The position numbers and the translations under genes are program-made. Below the pieces are notes generated by a model. That model saw only the letters and a list, made by a program, of their open reading frames with translations. It was not told the DNA's origin and ran no database searches. Positions 1 to 11,600 of a stretch of 64,000 nucleotides of DNA are shown one piece after another; the first letter of the stretch is position 1, and every line of letters begins with the position of its first letter. The stretch lies in the NCBI RefSeq assembly GCF_009914755.1, contig NC_060930.1. One strand, 5' to 3'. Source of the DNA: the human T2T-CHM13v2.0 reference genome, Homo sapiens.

Positions 1-52
1 TGAAACGCCGTGGTTGTAGTATTTCCAAGCGGATATTAGAGCGCCTTGAGGC

Positions 53-69
53 CTATGGTAGAAAAGGAA
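53..69 (+). promoter_or_regulatory. A-box / pJalpha-like motif of A-type monomers (example; relatives at 562, 901, 1240, 1411, 1751, 2093, 2433, 2773)
   Basis: ctatggtagaaaaggaa sits at the position occupied by the CENP-B box in B-type monomers and resembles the pJalpha site. Confidence 0.7.
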
Positions 70-223
70 ATATCTTCCCATAAAACCTAGACGGAAGCAA
101 TCTCAGAAACTACTGTGTGATGGCTGCATTCCACACACACGGTGGAACATTTCTCTTGATAGAGCAGTTTTGAAACACTCTTTCTGTAGAATCTGCAAGT
201 GGATAATTGGACCGCCTTGAGGC

Positions 224-240
224 CTTCGTTGGAAACGGGA
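224..240 (+). promoter_or_regulatory. CENP-B box, intact (first-copy example; recurs in each 18-mer, deleted in 15-mers)
   Basis: cttcgttggaaacggga matches the 17-bp consensus nTTCGnnnnAnnCGGGn. Confidence 0.95.
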
Positions 241-392
241 TTTCTTCATGTTACTCTAGATAGAAGAATTCTCAAACACTGCTATGTGATGTTTGCATTC
301 AAGTCACAGAGTGCAACATTCCTCTTGGTAGAGCAGTTGGGAAACACTCCTTTTGTAGAATCTGCAATGGGATATTTGGACTTCTTTGAGGC

Positions 393-409
393 CTTCGTTG
401 GAAACGGGA
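393..409 (+). promoter_or_regulatory. CENP-B box, intact, only 169 bp after the previous one (deleted in 15-mers)
   Basis: cttcgttggaaacggga. Confidence 0.95.
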
Positions 410-732
410 TTTCTTCGTATGAATCTAGACAGAAGAATTCTCAGAAACTTCCTTGTGATGTGTGCATTCAACTCAGCGAGTGGCACCTTCCTTTGGATAC
501 AGCAGTTTTGAAACACTGTTTTTGTAGTATTTCCAAGCGGATATTTAGAGCGCCTTGAAGCCTATGCTAGAAATGGAAATATCTCCCCATAAAACCAAGA
601 CAGAAGCAATCTCAGAAACTAATGTGTGATGGCTGCATTCCACACACACGGTGGACCATTTCTCTTGATAGAGCAGTTTTGAAACACTCTTTCTGTAGAA
701 TCTGCAAGTGGATAATTGGACCTCCTAGAGGC

Positions 733-749
733 CTTCGTTGGAAACGGGA
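733..749 (+). promoter_or_regulatory. CENP-B box, intact (recurs in every HOR)
   Basis: cttcgttggaaacggga. Confidence 0.95.
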
Positions 750-1071
750 TTTCTTCATCTAAACCTACAGAGAAGAATTCTCAGTAACTTCTTCGGATGT
801 GTGCATTCGACTCACAGAATGGAACATTCCCTTTGATAGAGCAGTTTTGAGACACCGTTTTTGTAGAATTCCCAAGTGGATATTTAGAGCACTTTGAAGT
901 CTCTGCTAGAAAAGGAAACATCTTCATGTAAAAAGTAGATAGAATCGTTCTCAGAAAGTGCTTAGTGACGTGTGCGTTCAACTCACAGAGTTTAACGTTT
1001 CTTTTGATAGAGCGTTTCTGAAACACCCTTCTTGTAGTAGCTGCAAGTGGATATTTGGACCTATTGGAGGC

Positions 1072-1088
1072 CTTCTTTGGAAACGGGA
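1072..1088 (+). promoter_or_regulatory. Degenerate CENP-B box (TTCG to TTCT), predicted non-binding
   Basis: cttctttggaaacggga; one of the nine core bases is changed in every copy. Confidence 0.85.
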
Positions 1089-1581
1089 TTTCTTCATGTA
1101 ACTCTAGATTGAAGAATTCTCAGAAACTCCTTTGTGATGTGTGCATTCAATTCAAAGAGTGAAACCTCCCTTTTCACAGAGCAGTTTTGAAACACTGTTT
1201 TTGTAGGATTTCCAAGGGGATATTTATAGCGCATTGAGCCTACGGCGGAAAAAGAAACATCTTCCTATAAAAACTAGACAGAATACTTCTCAGAATCTGC
1301 TTTGCGATGTGTGCGTTCAACTCACAGAGTAAAACTTTTCTTTTGATAGAGCAGTTTTGAAACACTCTTTTTGTAGTATTTGCATGTGTATATTTAGAGC
1401 GCATTGAAGCCCACAGTAGAAAAGGAAATAACTTCACCTAAAACCTAGACAGAAGCAATCTCAGAAACTACTTTGTGATGTGTACATTCAACTCACAGAG
1501 TGGAACTTTCCTCTTTATAGAGCAGTGTTGAAACACTCTTTTTGTAGAAACTGCAAGTGGATATTTGGACCTCTTTGAGGC

Positions 1582-1598
1582 CTTCGTTGGAAACGGGA
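1582..1598 (+). promoter_or_regulatory. CENP-B box, intact (mutated in the copy at 21966)
   Basis: cttcgttggaaacggga. Confidence 0.95.
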
Positions 1599-1921
1599 TT
1601 TCTTCCTATAACCCTAGACAGAAGAATTTTCAGAAACCTCATTGTGATGTGTGCGTTCATCTCACAGAGTGGAGTCTTCCGTTTGATAGAGAAGTTTTGA
1701 AACCCTGTTCTTGTAGGATTTCCAAGTGGATATTTAGACCACTTTGAAGCCTATGATAGAAAAGGAAACATCTTCATGGAAAACATAGATAGAATCATCC
1801 TCAGAAACAACTTTGTGATGTGTGCATTGAACTCACCGTCTTTAACCTTTCTTTTGGTAGAGAAGTTTTGAAACACTCTCTTTGTAAAGTCTACAAGTGG
1901 ATATTTTGAGCCCTTGGAGGC

Positions 1922-1938
1922 ATTCTTTGGAAAAGGGA
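1922..1938 (+). promoter_or_regulatory. Degenerate CENP-B box (both CpGs lost)
   Basis: attctttggaaaaggga at the box position of a B-type monomer. Confidence 0.8.
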
Positions 1939-2263
1939 ATGTCTTCACATAAAAGGCAGACGGAAGTGTTCTCAGAAACTGCTTTGTGATGTCTGTGTTC
2001 AACTCACAGAGTTTAACATTTCCTTTGATAGAGCGGTTTAGTAACCCTCTCTTTGTAGAATTTGGAAGTGTATACTAAGAGCGCTTTGAGGCCTATGGTA
2101 GAAAAGGAAATATCTTTCCATAAAAGCTAGACAGAAGCAATCTCAGAAACTCCTCTGCGATGTCTGCATTCAACTCACCGAGTGGAACATTCCTCTTGAG
2201 AGAGCAGTTTGGAAACACTCTTTCTGTAGAATCAGCTTGTTTGTATTTGGACCTCCTTGAGGC

Positions 2264-2280
2264 CTTCGTTGGAAACGGGT
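2264..2280 (+). promoter_or_regulatory. CENP-B box, core intact
   Basis: cttcgttggaaacgggt; only the non-core last base differs. Confidence 0.92.
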
Positions 2281-2603
2281 TTTCATCTTATAAACCCAGA
2301 CAGAAGAATTCTCAGAGTCTTCTTTGTGATGTGTGCTTTCAACTCACCGAGATAAAGATTTCTCTTGATAGAGCAATTTGGAAACACTCTTTTTGTAGAA
2401 TTTGCAAGGGTACATTGAGAGCGCTTTCAGGCCTATGGTAGAAAAGGGAATATCTTTCCATAAAAGGTAGACAGAAGCAATCTCAGAAACTACTTTGTGA
2501 TGTGTGCATTCAACTCACCGAGTGCAACGTTCCTCTTGACCGAGCAGTTTGGAAACATTGTTTCTGTAGAATCTGCAAGTGGATATTTGGACCTCTTTGA
2601 GGC

Positions 2604-2620
2604 CTTCGTTGGAAACGGGA
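2604..2620 (+). promoter_or_regulatory. CENP-B box, intact
   Basis: cttcgttggaaacggga. Confidence 0.95.
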
Positions 2621-2692
2621 TTTCTTCCTATAAACCCAGACAGAAGAATTCTCAGAGACTTCTTTGTGATGTGTGAATTCAACTCACAGTGT

Positions 2693-5600
2693 GGATCCTT
2701 CCTTTTGATAGAGCAGTTTTGAAACCCTGTTTTTGTAGTATTTGCAAGCGGATATTTGGAACGCCTTGAAGCGTATGGTAGAAAAGGAAATATCTTCCCA
2801 TAAAACCTAGACAGAACCAATCTCAGAAACGACTTTGTGATGTCTGCATTCAACTCACAGAGTTGAACATTTCTCTTGATAGAGCAGTTTTGAAACCCTC
2901 TTTCTGAAGGATCTGCAAGTGGATATTTGGAACTCCTTTGGGTCTTCGTTGGAAACGGGATTTCTTCGTATAAATCTAGACAGAAGAATTCTCCGAAACT
3001 TCTTTGGTTGTGTGCATTCAAGTCACAGAGTGGAACCTTCCTTTGGATAGAGCAGTTTGAAACGCCGTGGTTGTAGTATTTCCAAGCGGATATTAGAGCG
3101 CCTTGAGGCCTATGGTAGAAAAGGAAATATCTTCCCATAAAACCTAGACGGAAGCAATCTCAGAAACTACTGTGTGATGGCTGCATTCCACACACACGGT
3201 GGAACATTTCTCTTGATAGAGCAGTTTTGAAACACTCTTTCTGTAGAATCTGCAAGTGGATAATTGGACCGCCTTGAGGCCTTCGTTGGAAACGGGATTT
3301 CTTCATGTTACTCTAGATAGAAGAATTCTCAAACACTGCTATGTGATGTTTGCATTCAAGTCACAGAGTGCAACATTCCTCTTGGTAGAGCAGTTGGGAA
3401 ACACTCCTTTTGTAGAATCTGCAATGGGATATTTGGACTTCTTTGAGGCCTTCGTTGGAAACGGGATTTCTTCGTATGAATCTAGACAGAAGAATTCTCA
3501 GAAACTTCCTTGTGATGTGTGCATTCAACTCAGCGAGTGGCACCTTCCTTTGGATACAGCAGTTTTGAAACACTGTTTTTGTAGTATTTCCAAGCGGATA
3601 TTTAGAGCGCCTTGAAGCCTATGCTAGAAATGGAAATATCTCCCCATAAAACCAAGACAGAAGCAATCTCAGAAACTAATGTGTGATGGCTGCATTCCAC
3701 ACACACGGTGGACCATTTCTCTTGATAGAGCAGTTTTGAAACACTCTTTCTGTAGAATCTGCAAGTGGATAATTGGACCTCCTAGAGGCCTTCGTTGGAA
3801 ACGGGATTTCTTCATCTAAACCTACAGAGAAGAATTCTCAGTAACTTCTTCGGATGTGTGCATTCGACTCACAGAATGGAACATTCCCTTTGATAGAGCA
3901 GTTTTGAGACACCGTTTTTGTAGAATTCCCAAGTGGATATTTAGAGCACTTTGAAGTCTCTGCTAGAAAAGGAAACATCTTCATGTAAAAAGTAGATAGA
4001 ATCGTTCTCAGAAAGTGCTTAGTGACGTGTGCGTTCAACTCACAGAGTTTAACGTTTCTTTTGATAGAGCGTTTCTGAAACACCCTTCTTGTAGTAGCTG
4101 CAAGTGGATATTTGGACCTATTGGAGGCCTTCTTTGGAAACGGGATTTCTTCATGTAACTCTAGATTGAAGAATTCTCAGAAACTCCTTTGTGATGTGTG
4201 CATTCAATTCAAAGAGTGAAACCTCCCTTTTCACAGAGCAGTTTTGAAACACTGTTTTTGTAGGATTTCCAAGGGGATATTTATAGCGCATTGAGCCTAC
4301 GGCGGAAAAAGAAACATCTTCCTATAAAAACTAGACAGAATACTTCTCAGAATCTGCTTTGCGATGTGTGCGTTCAACTCACAGAGTAAAACTTTTCTTT
4401 TGATAGAGCAGTTTTGAAACACTCTTTTTGTAGTATTTGCATGTGTATATTTAGAGCGCATTGAAGCCCACAGTAGAAAAGGAAATAACTTCACCTAAAA
4501 CCTAGACAGAAGCAATCTCAGAAACTACTTTGTGATGTGTACATTCAACTCACAGAGTGGAACTTTCCTCTTTATAGAGCAGTGTTGAAACACTCTTTTT
4601 GTAGAAACTGCAAGTGGATATTTGGACCTCTTTGAGGCCTTCGTTGGAAACGGGATTTCTTCCTATAACCCTAGACAGAAGAATTTTCAGAAACCTCATT
4701 GTGATGTGTGCGTTCATCTCACAGAGTGGAGTCTTCCGTTTGATAGAGAAGTTTTGAAACCCTGTTCTTGTAGGATTTCCAAGTGGATATTTAGACCACT
4801 TTGAAGCCTATGATAGAAAAGGAAACATCTTCATGGAAAACATAGATAGAATCATCCTCAGAAACAACTTTGTGATGTGTGCGTTGAACTCACCGTCTTT
4901 AACCTTTCTTTTGGTAGAGAAGTTTTGAAACACTCTCTTTGTAAAGTCTACAAGTGGATATTTTGAGCCCTTGGAGGCATTCTTTGGAAAAGGGAATGTC
5001 TTCCCATAAAAGGCAGACGGAAGTGTTCTCAGAAACTGCTTTGTGATGTCTGTGTTCAACTCACAGAGTTTAACATTTCCTTTGATAGAGCGGTTTAGTA
5101 ACCCTCTCTTTGTAGAATTTGGAAGTGTATACTAAGAGCGCTTTGAGGCCTATGGTAGAAAAGGAAATATCTTTCCATAAAAGCTAGACAGAAGCAATCT
5201 CAGAAACTCCTCTGTGATGTCTGCATTCAACTCACCGAGTGGAACATTCCTCTTGAGAGAGCAGTTTGGAAACACTCTTTCTGTAGAATCAGCTTGTTTG
5301 TATTTGGACCTCCTTGAGGCCTTCGTTGGAAACGGGTTTTCATCTTATAAACCCAGACAGAAGAATTCTCAGAGTCTTCTTTGTGATGTGTGCTTTCAAC
5401 TCACCGAGATAAAGATTTCTCTTGATAGAGCAATTTGGAAACACTCTTTTTGTAGAATTTGCAAGGGTACATTGAGAGCGCTTTCAGGCCTATGGTAGAA
5501 AAGGGAATATCTTTCCATAAAAGGTAGACAGAAGCAATCTCAGAAACTACTTTGTGATGTGTGCATTCAACTCACCGAGTGCAACGTTCCTCTTGACCGA

Positions 5601-8600
5601 GCAGTTTGGAAACATTGTTTCTGTAGAATCTGCAAGTGGATATTTGGACCTCTTTGAGGCCTTCGTTGGAAACGGGATTTCTTCCTATAAACCCAGACAG
5701 AAGAATTCTCAGAGACTTCTTTGTGATGTGTGAATTCAACTCACAGTGTGGATCCTTCCTTTTGATAGAGCAGTTTTGAAACCCTGTTTTTGTAGTATTT
5801 CCAAGCGGATATTTGGAACGCCTTGAAGCGTATGGTAGAAAAGGAAATATCTTCCCATAAAACCTAGACAGAACCAATCTCAGAAACGACTTTGTGATGT
5901 CTGCATTCAAGTCACAGAGTTGAACATTTCTCTTGATAGAGCAGTTTTGAAACCCTCTTTCTGAAGGATCTGCAAGTGGATATTTGGAACTCCTTTGGGT
6001 CTTCGTTGGAAACGGGATTTCTTCGTATAAATCTAGACAGAAGAATTCTCCGAAACTTCTTTGGTTGTGTGCATTCAAGTCACAGAGTGGAACCTTCCTT
6101 TGGATAGAGCAGTTTGAAACGCCGTGGTTGTAGTATTTCCAAGCGGATATTAGAGCGCCTTGAGGCCTATGGTAGAAAAGGAAATATCTTCCCATAAAAC
6201 CTAGACGGAAGCAATCTCAGAAACTACTGTGTGATGGCTGCATTCCACACACACGGTGGAACATTTCTCTTGATAGAGCAGTTTTGAAACACTCTTTCTG
6301 TAGAATCTGCAAGTGGATAATTGGACCGCCTTGAGGCCTTCGTTGGAAACGGGATTTCTTCATGTTACTCTAGATAGAAGAATTCTCAAACACTGCTATG
6401 TGATGTTTGCATTCAAGTCACAGAGTGCAACATTCCTCTTGGTAGAGCAGTTGGGAAACACTCCTTTTGTAGAATCTGCAATGGGATATTTGGACTTCTT
6501 TGAGGCCTTCGTTGGAAACGGGATTTCTTCGTATGAATCTAGACAGAAGAATTCTCAGAAACTTCCTTGTGATGTGTGCATTCAACTCAGCGAGTGGCAC
6601 CTTCCTTTGGATACAGCAGTTTTGAAACACTGTTTTTGTAGTATTTCCAAGCGGATATTTAGAGCGCCTTGAAGCCTATGCTAGAAATGGAAATATCTCC
6701 CCATAAAACCAAGACAGAAGCAATCTCAGAAACTAATGTGTGATGGCTGCATTCCACACACACGGTGGACCATTTCTCTTGATAGAGCAGTTTTGAAACA
6801 CTCTTTCTGTAGAATCTGCAAGTGGATAATTGGACCTCCTAGAGGCCTTCGTTGGAAACGGGATTTCTTCATCTAAACCTACAGAGAAGAATTCTCAGTA
6901 ACTTCTTCGGATGTGTGCATTCGACTCACAGAATGGAACATTCCCTTTGATAGAGCAGTTTTGAGACACCGTTTTTGTAGAATTCCCAAGTGGATATTTA
7001 GAGCACTTTGAAGTCTCTGCTAGAAAAGGAAACATCTTCATGTAAAAAGTAGATAGAATCGTTCTCAGAAAGTGCTTAGTGACGTGTGCGTTCAACTCAC
7101 AGAGTTTAACGTTTCTTTTGATAGAGCGTTTCTGAAACACCCTTCTTGTAGTAGCTGCAAGTGGATATTTGGACCTATTGGAGGCCTTCTTTGGAAACGG
7201 GATTTCTTCATGTAACTCTAGATTGAAGAATTCTCAGAAACTCCTTTGTGATGTGTGCATTCAATTCAAAGAGTGAAACCTCCCTTTTCACAGAGCAGTT
7301 TTGAAACACTGTTTTTGTAGGATTTCCAAGGGGATATTTATAGCGCATTGAGCCTACGGCGGAAAAAGAAACATCTTCCTATAAAAACTAGACAGAATAC
7401 TTCTCAGAATCTGCTTTGCGATGTGTGCGTTCAACTCACAGAGTAAAACTTTTCTTTTGATAGAGCAGTTTTGAAACACTCTTTTTGTAGTATTTGCATG
7501 TGTATATTTAGAGCGCATTGAAGCCCACAGTAGAAAAGGAAATAACTTCACCTAAAACCTAGACAGAAGCAATCTCAGAAACTACTTTGTGATGTGTACA
7601 TTCAACTCACAGAGTGGAACTTTCCTCTTTATAGAGCAGTGTTGAAACACTCTTTTTGTAGAAACTGCAAGTGGATATTTGGACCTCTTTGAGGCCTTCG
7701 TTGGAAACGGGATTTCTTCCTATAACCCTAGACAGAAGAATTTTCAGAAACCTCATTGTGATGTGTGCGTTCATCTCACAGAGTGGAGTCTTCCGTTTGA
7801 TAGAGAAGTTTTGAAACCCTGTTCTTGTAGGATTTCCAAGTGGATATTTAGACCACTTTGAAGCCTATGATAGAAAAGGAAACATCTTCATGGAAAACAT
7901 AGATAGAATCATCCTCAGAAACAACTTTGTGATGTGTGCGTTGAACTCACCGTCTTTAACCTTTCTTTTGGTAGAGAAGTTTTGAAACACTCTCTTTGTA
8001 AAGTCTACAAGTGGATATTTTGAGCCCTTGGAGGCATTCTTTGGAAAAGGGAATGTCTTCCCATAAAAGGCAGACGGAAGTGTTCTCAGAAACTGCTTTG
8101 TGATGTCTGTGTTCAACTCACAGAGTTTAACATTTCCTTTGATAGAGCGGTTTAGTAACCCTCTCTTTGTAGAATTTGGAAGTGTATACTAAGAGCGCTT
8201 TGAGGCCTATGGTAGAAAAGGAAATATCTTTCCATAAAAGCTAGACAGAAGCAATCTCAGAAACTCCTCTGTGATGTCTGCATTCAACTCACCGAGTGGA
8301 ACATTCCTCTTGAGAGAGCAGTTTGGAAACACTCTTTCTGTAGAATCAGCTTGTTTGTATTTGGACCTCCTTGAGGCCTTCGTTGGAAACGGGTTTTCAT
8401 CTTATAAACCCAGACAGAAGAATTCTCAGAGTCTTCTTTGTGATGTGTGCTTTCAACTCACCGAGATAAAGATTTCTCTTGATAGAGCAATTTGGAAACA
8501 CTCTTTTTGTAGAATTTGCAAGGGTACATTGAGAGCGCTTTCAGGCCTATGGTAGAAAAGGGAATATCTTTCCATAAAAGGTAGACAGAAGCAATCTCAG

Positions 8601-11600
8601 AAACTACTTTGTGATGTGTGCATTCAACTCACCGAGTGCAACGTTCCTCTTGACCGAGCAGTTTGGAAACATTGTTTCTGTAGAATCTGCAAGTGGATAT
8701 TTGGACCTCTTTGAGGCCTTCGTTGGAAACGGGATTTCTTCCTATAAACCCAGACAGAAGAATTCTCAGAGACTTCTTTGTGATGTGTGAATTCAACTCA
8801 CAGTGTGGATCCTTCCTTTTGATAGAGCAGTTTTGAAACCCTGTTTTTGTAGTATTTCCAAGCGGATATTTGGAACGCCTTGAAGCGTATGGTAGAAAAG
8901 GAAATATCTTCCCATAAAACCTAGACAGAACCAATCTCAGAAACGACTTTGTGATGTCTGCATTCAAGTCACAGAGTTGAACATTTCTCTTGATAGAGCA
9001 GTTTTGAAACCCTCTTTCTGAAGGATCTGCAAGTGGATATTTGGAACTCCTTTGGGTCTTCGTTGGAAACGGGATTTCTTCGTATAAATCTAGACAGAAG
9101 AATTCTCCGAAACTTCTTTGGTTGTGTGCATTCAAGTCACAGAGTGGAACCTTCCTTTGGATAGAGCAGTTTGAAACGCCGTGGTTGTAGTATTTCCAAG
9201 CGGATATTAGAGCGCCTTGAGGCCTATGGTAGAAAAGGAAATATCTTCCCATAAAACCTAGACGGAAGCAATCTCAGAAACTACTGTGTGATGGCTGCAT
9301 TCCACACACACGGTGGAACATTTCTCTTGATAGAGCAGTTTTGAAACACTCTTTCTGTAGAATCTGCAAGTGGATAATTGGACCGCCTTGAGGCCTTCGT
9401 TGGAAACGGGATTTCTTCATGTTACTCTAGATAGAAGAATTCTCAAACACTGCTATGTGATGTTTGCATTCAAGTCACAGAGTGCAACATTCCTCTTGGT
9501 AGAGCAGTTGGGAAACACTCCTTTTGTAGAATCTGCAATGGGATATTTGGACTTCTTTGAGGCCTTCGTTGGAAACGGGATTTCTTCGTATGAATCTAGA
9601 CAGAAGAATTCTCAGAAACTTCCTTGTGATGTGTGCATTCAACTCAGCGAGTGGCACCTTCCTTTGGATACAGCAGTTTTGAAACACTGTTTTTGTAGTA
9701 TTTCCAAGCGGATATTTAGAGCGCCTTGAAGCCTATGCTAGAAATGGAAATATCTCCCCATAAAACCAAGACAGAAGCAATCTCAGAAACTAATGTGTGA
9801 TGGCTGCATTCCACACACACGGTGGACCATTTCTCTTGATAGAGCAGTTTTGAAACACTCTTTCTGTAGAATCTGCAAGTGGATAATTGGACCTCCTAGA
9901 GGCCTTCGTTGGAAACGGGATTTCTTCATCTAAACCTACAGAGAAGAATTCTCAGTAACTTCTTCGGATGTGTGCATTCGACTCACAGAATGGAACATTC
10001 CCTTTGATAGAGCAGTTTTGAGACACCGTTTTTGTAGAATTCCCAAGTGGATATTTAGAGCACTTTGAAGTCTCTGCTAGAAAAGGAAACATCTTCATGT
10101 AAAAAGTAGATAGAATCGTTCTCAGAAAGTGCTTAGTGACGTGTGCGTTCAACTCACAGAGTTTAACGTTTCTTTTGATAGAGCGTTTCTGAAACACCCT
10201 TCTTGTAGTAGCTGCAAGTGGATATTTGGACCTATTGGAGGCCTTCTTTGGAAACGGGATTTCTTCATGTAACTCTAGATTGAAGAATTCTCAGAAACTC
10301 CTTTGTGATGTGTGCATTCAATTCAAAGAGTGAAACCTCCCTTTTCACAGAGCAGTTTTGAAACACTGTTTTTGTAGGATTTCCAAGGGGATATTTATAG
10401 TGCATTGAGCCTACGGCGGAAAAAGAAACATCTTCCTATAAAAACTAGACAGAATACTTCTCAGAATCTGCTTTGCGATGTGTGCGTTCAACTCACAGAG
10501 TAAAACTTTTCTTTTGATAGAGCAGTTTTGAAACACTCTTTTTGTAGTATTTGCATGTGTATATTTAGAGCGCATTGAAGCCCACAGTAGAAAAGGAAAT
10601 AACTTCACCTAAAACCTAGACAGAAGCAATCTCAGAAACTACTTTGTGATGTGTACATTCAACTCACAGAGTGGAACTTTCCTCTTTATAGAGCAGTGTT
10701 GAAACACTCTTTTTGTAGAAACTGCAAGTGGATATTTGGACCTCTTTGAGGCCTTCGTTGGAAACGGGATTTCTTCCTATAACCCTAGACAGAAGAATTT
10801 TCAGAAACCTCATTGTGATGTGTGCGTTCATCTCACAGAGTGGAGTCTTCCGTTTGATAGAGAAGTTTTGAAACCCTGTTCTTGTAGGATTTCCAAGTGG
10901 ATATTTAGACCACTTTGAAGCCTATGATAGAAAAGGAAACATCTTCATGGAAAACATAGATAGAATCATCCTCAGAAACAACTTTGTGATGTGTGCGTTG
11001 AACTCACCGTCTTTAACCTTTCTTTTGGTAGAGAAGTTTTGAAACACTCTCTTTGTAAAGTCTACAAGTGGATATTTTGAGCCCTTGGAGGCATTCTTTG
11101 GAAAAGGGAATGTCTTCACATAAAAGGCAGACGGAAGTGTTCTCAGAAACTGCTTTGTGATGTCTGTGTTCAACTCACAGAGTTTAACATTTCCTTTGAT
11201 AGAGCGGTTTAGTAACCCTCTCTTTGTAGAATTTGGAAGTGTATACTAAGAGCGCTTTGAAGCCTATGGTAGAAAAGGAAATATCTTTCCATAAAAGCTA
11301 GACAGAAGCAATCTCAGAAACTCCTCTGTGATGTCTGCATTCAACTCACCGAGTGGAACATTCCTCTTGAGAGAGCAGTTTGGAAACACTCTTTCTGTAG
11401 AATCAGCTTGTTTGTATTTGGACCTCCTTGAGGCCTTCGTTGGAAACGGGTTTTCATCTTATAAACCCAGACAGAAGAATTCTCAGAGTCTTCTTTGTGA
11501 TGTGTGCTTTCAACTCACCGAGATAAAGATTTCTCTTGATAGAGCAATTTGGAAACACTCTTTTTGTAGAATTTGCAAGGGTACATTGAGAGCGCTTTCA

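Larger units (their letters stand above)
1..2692 (+). repeat. Partial canonical 18-mer HOR (left edge)
   Basis: Same monomer order as 3058-5749, offset by 3057; contains both copies of the gatggctgcattccacacacacggtgga monomer (119, 628). Confidence 0.93.

Noticed and set aside
131-141. ccacacacac short CA run
   Set aside because: Only about 4 CA units and invariant in length across copies; a derived form of caactcacag in two paralogous monomers, not a microsatellite.
224-2960. Regularly spaced identical 17-20 bp motif resembling a CRISPR or iteron repeat array
   Set aside because: The motif is the CENP-B box. The intervening sequences are 150-830 bp of homologous satellite rather than unique spacers, and there are no cas or rep genes.
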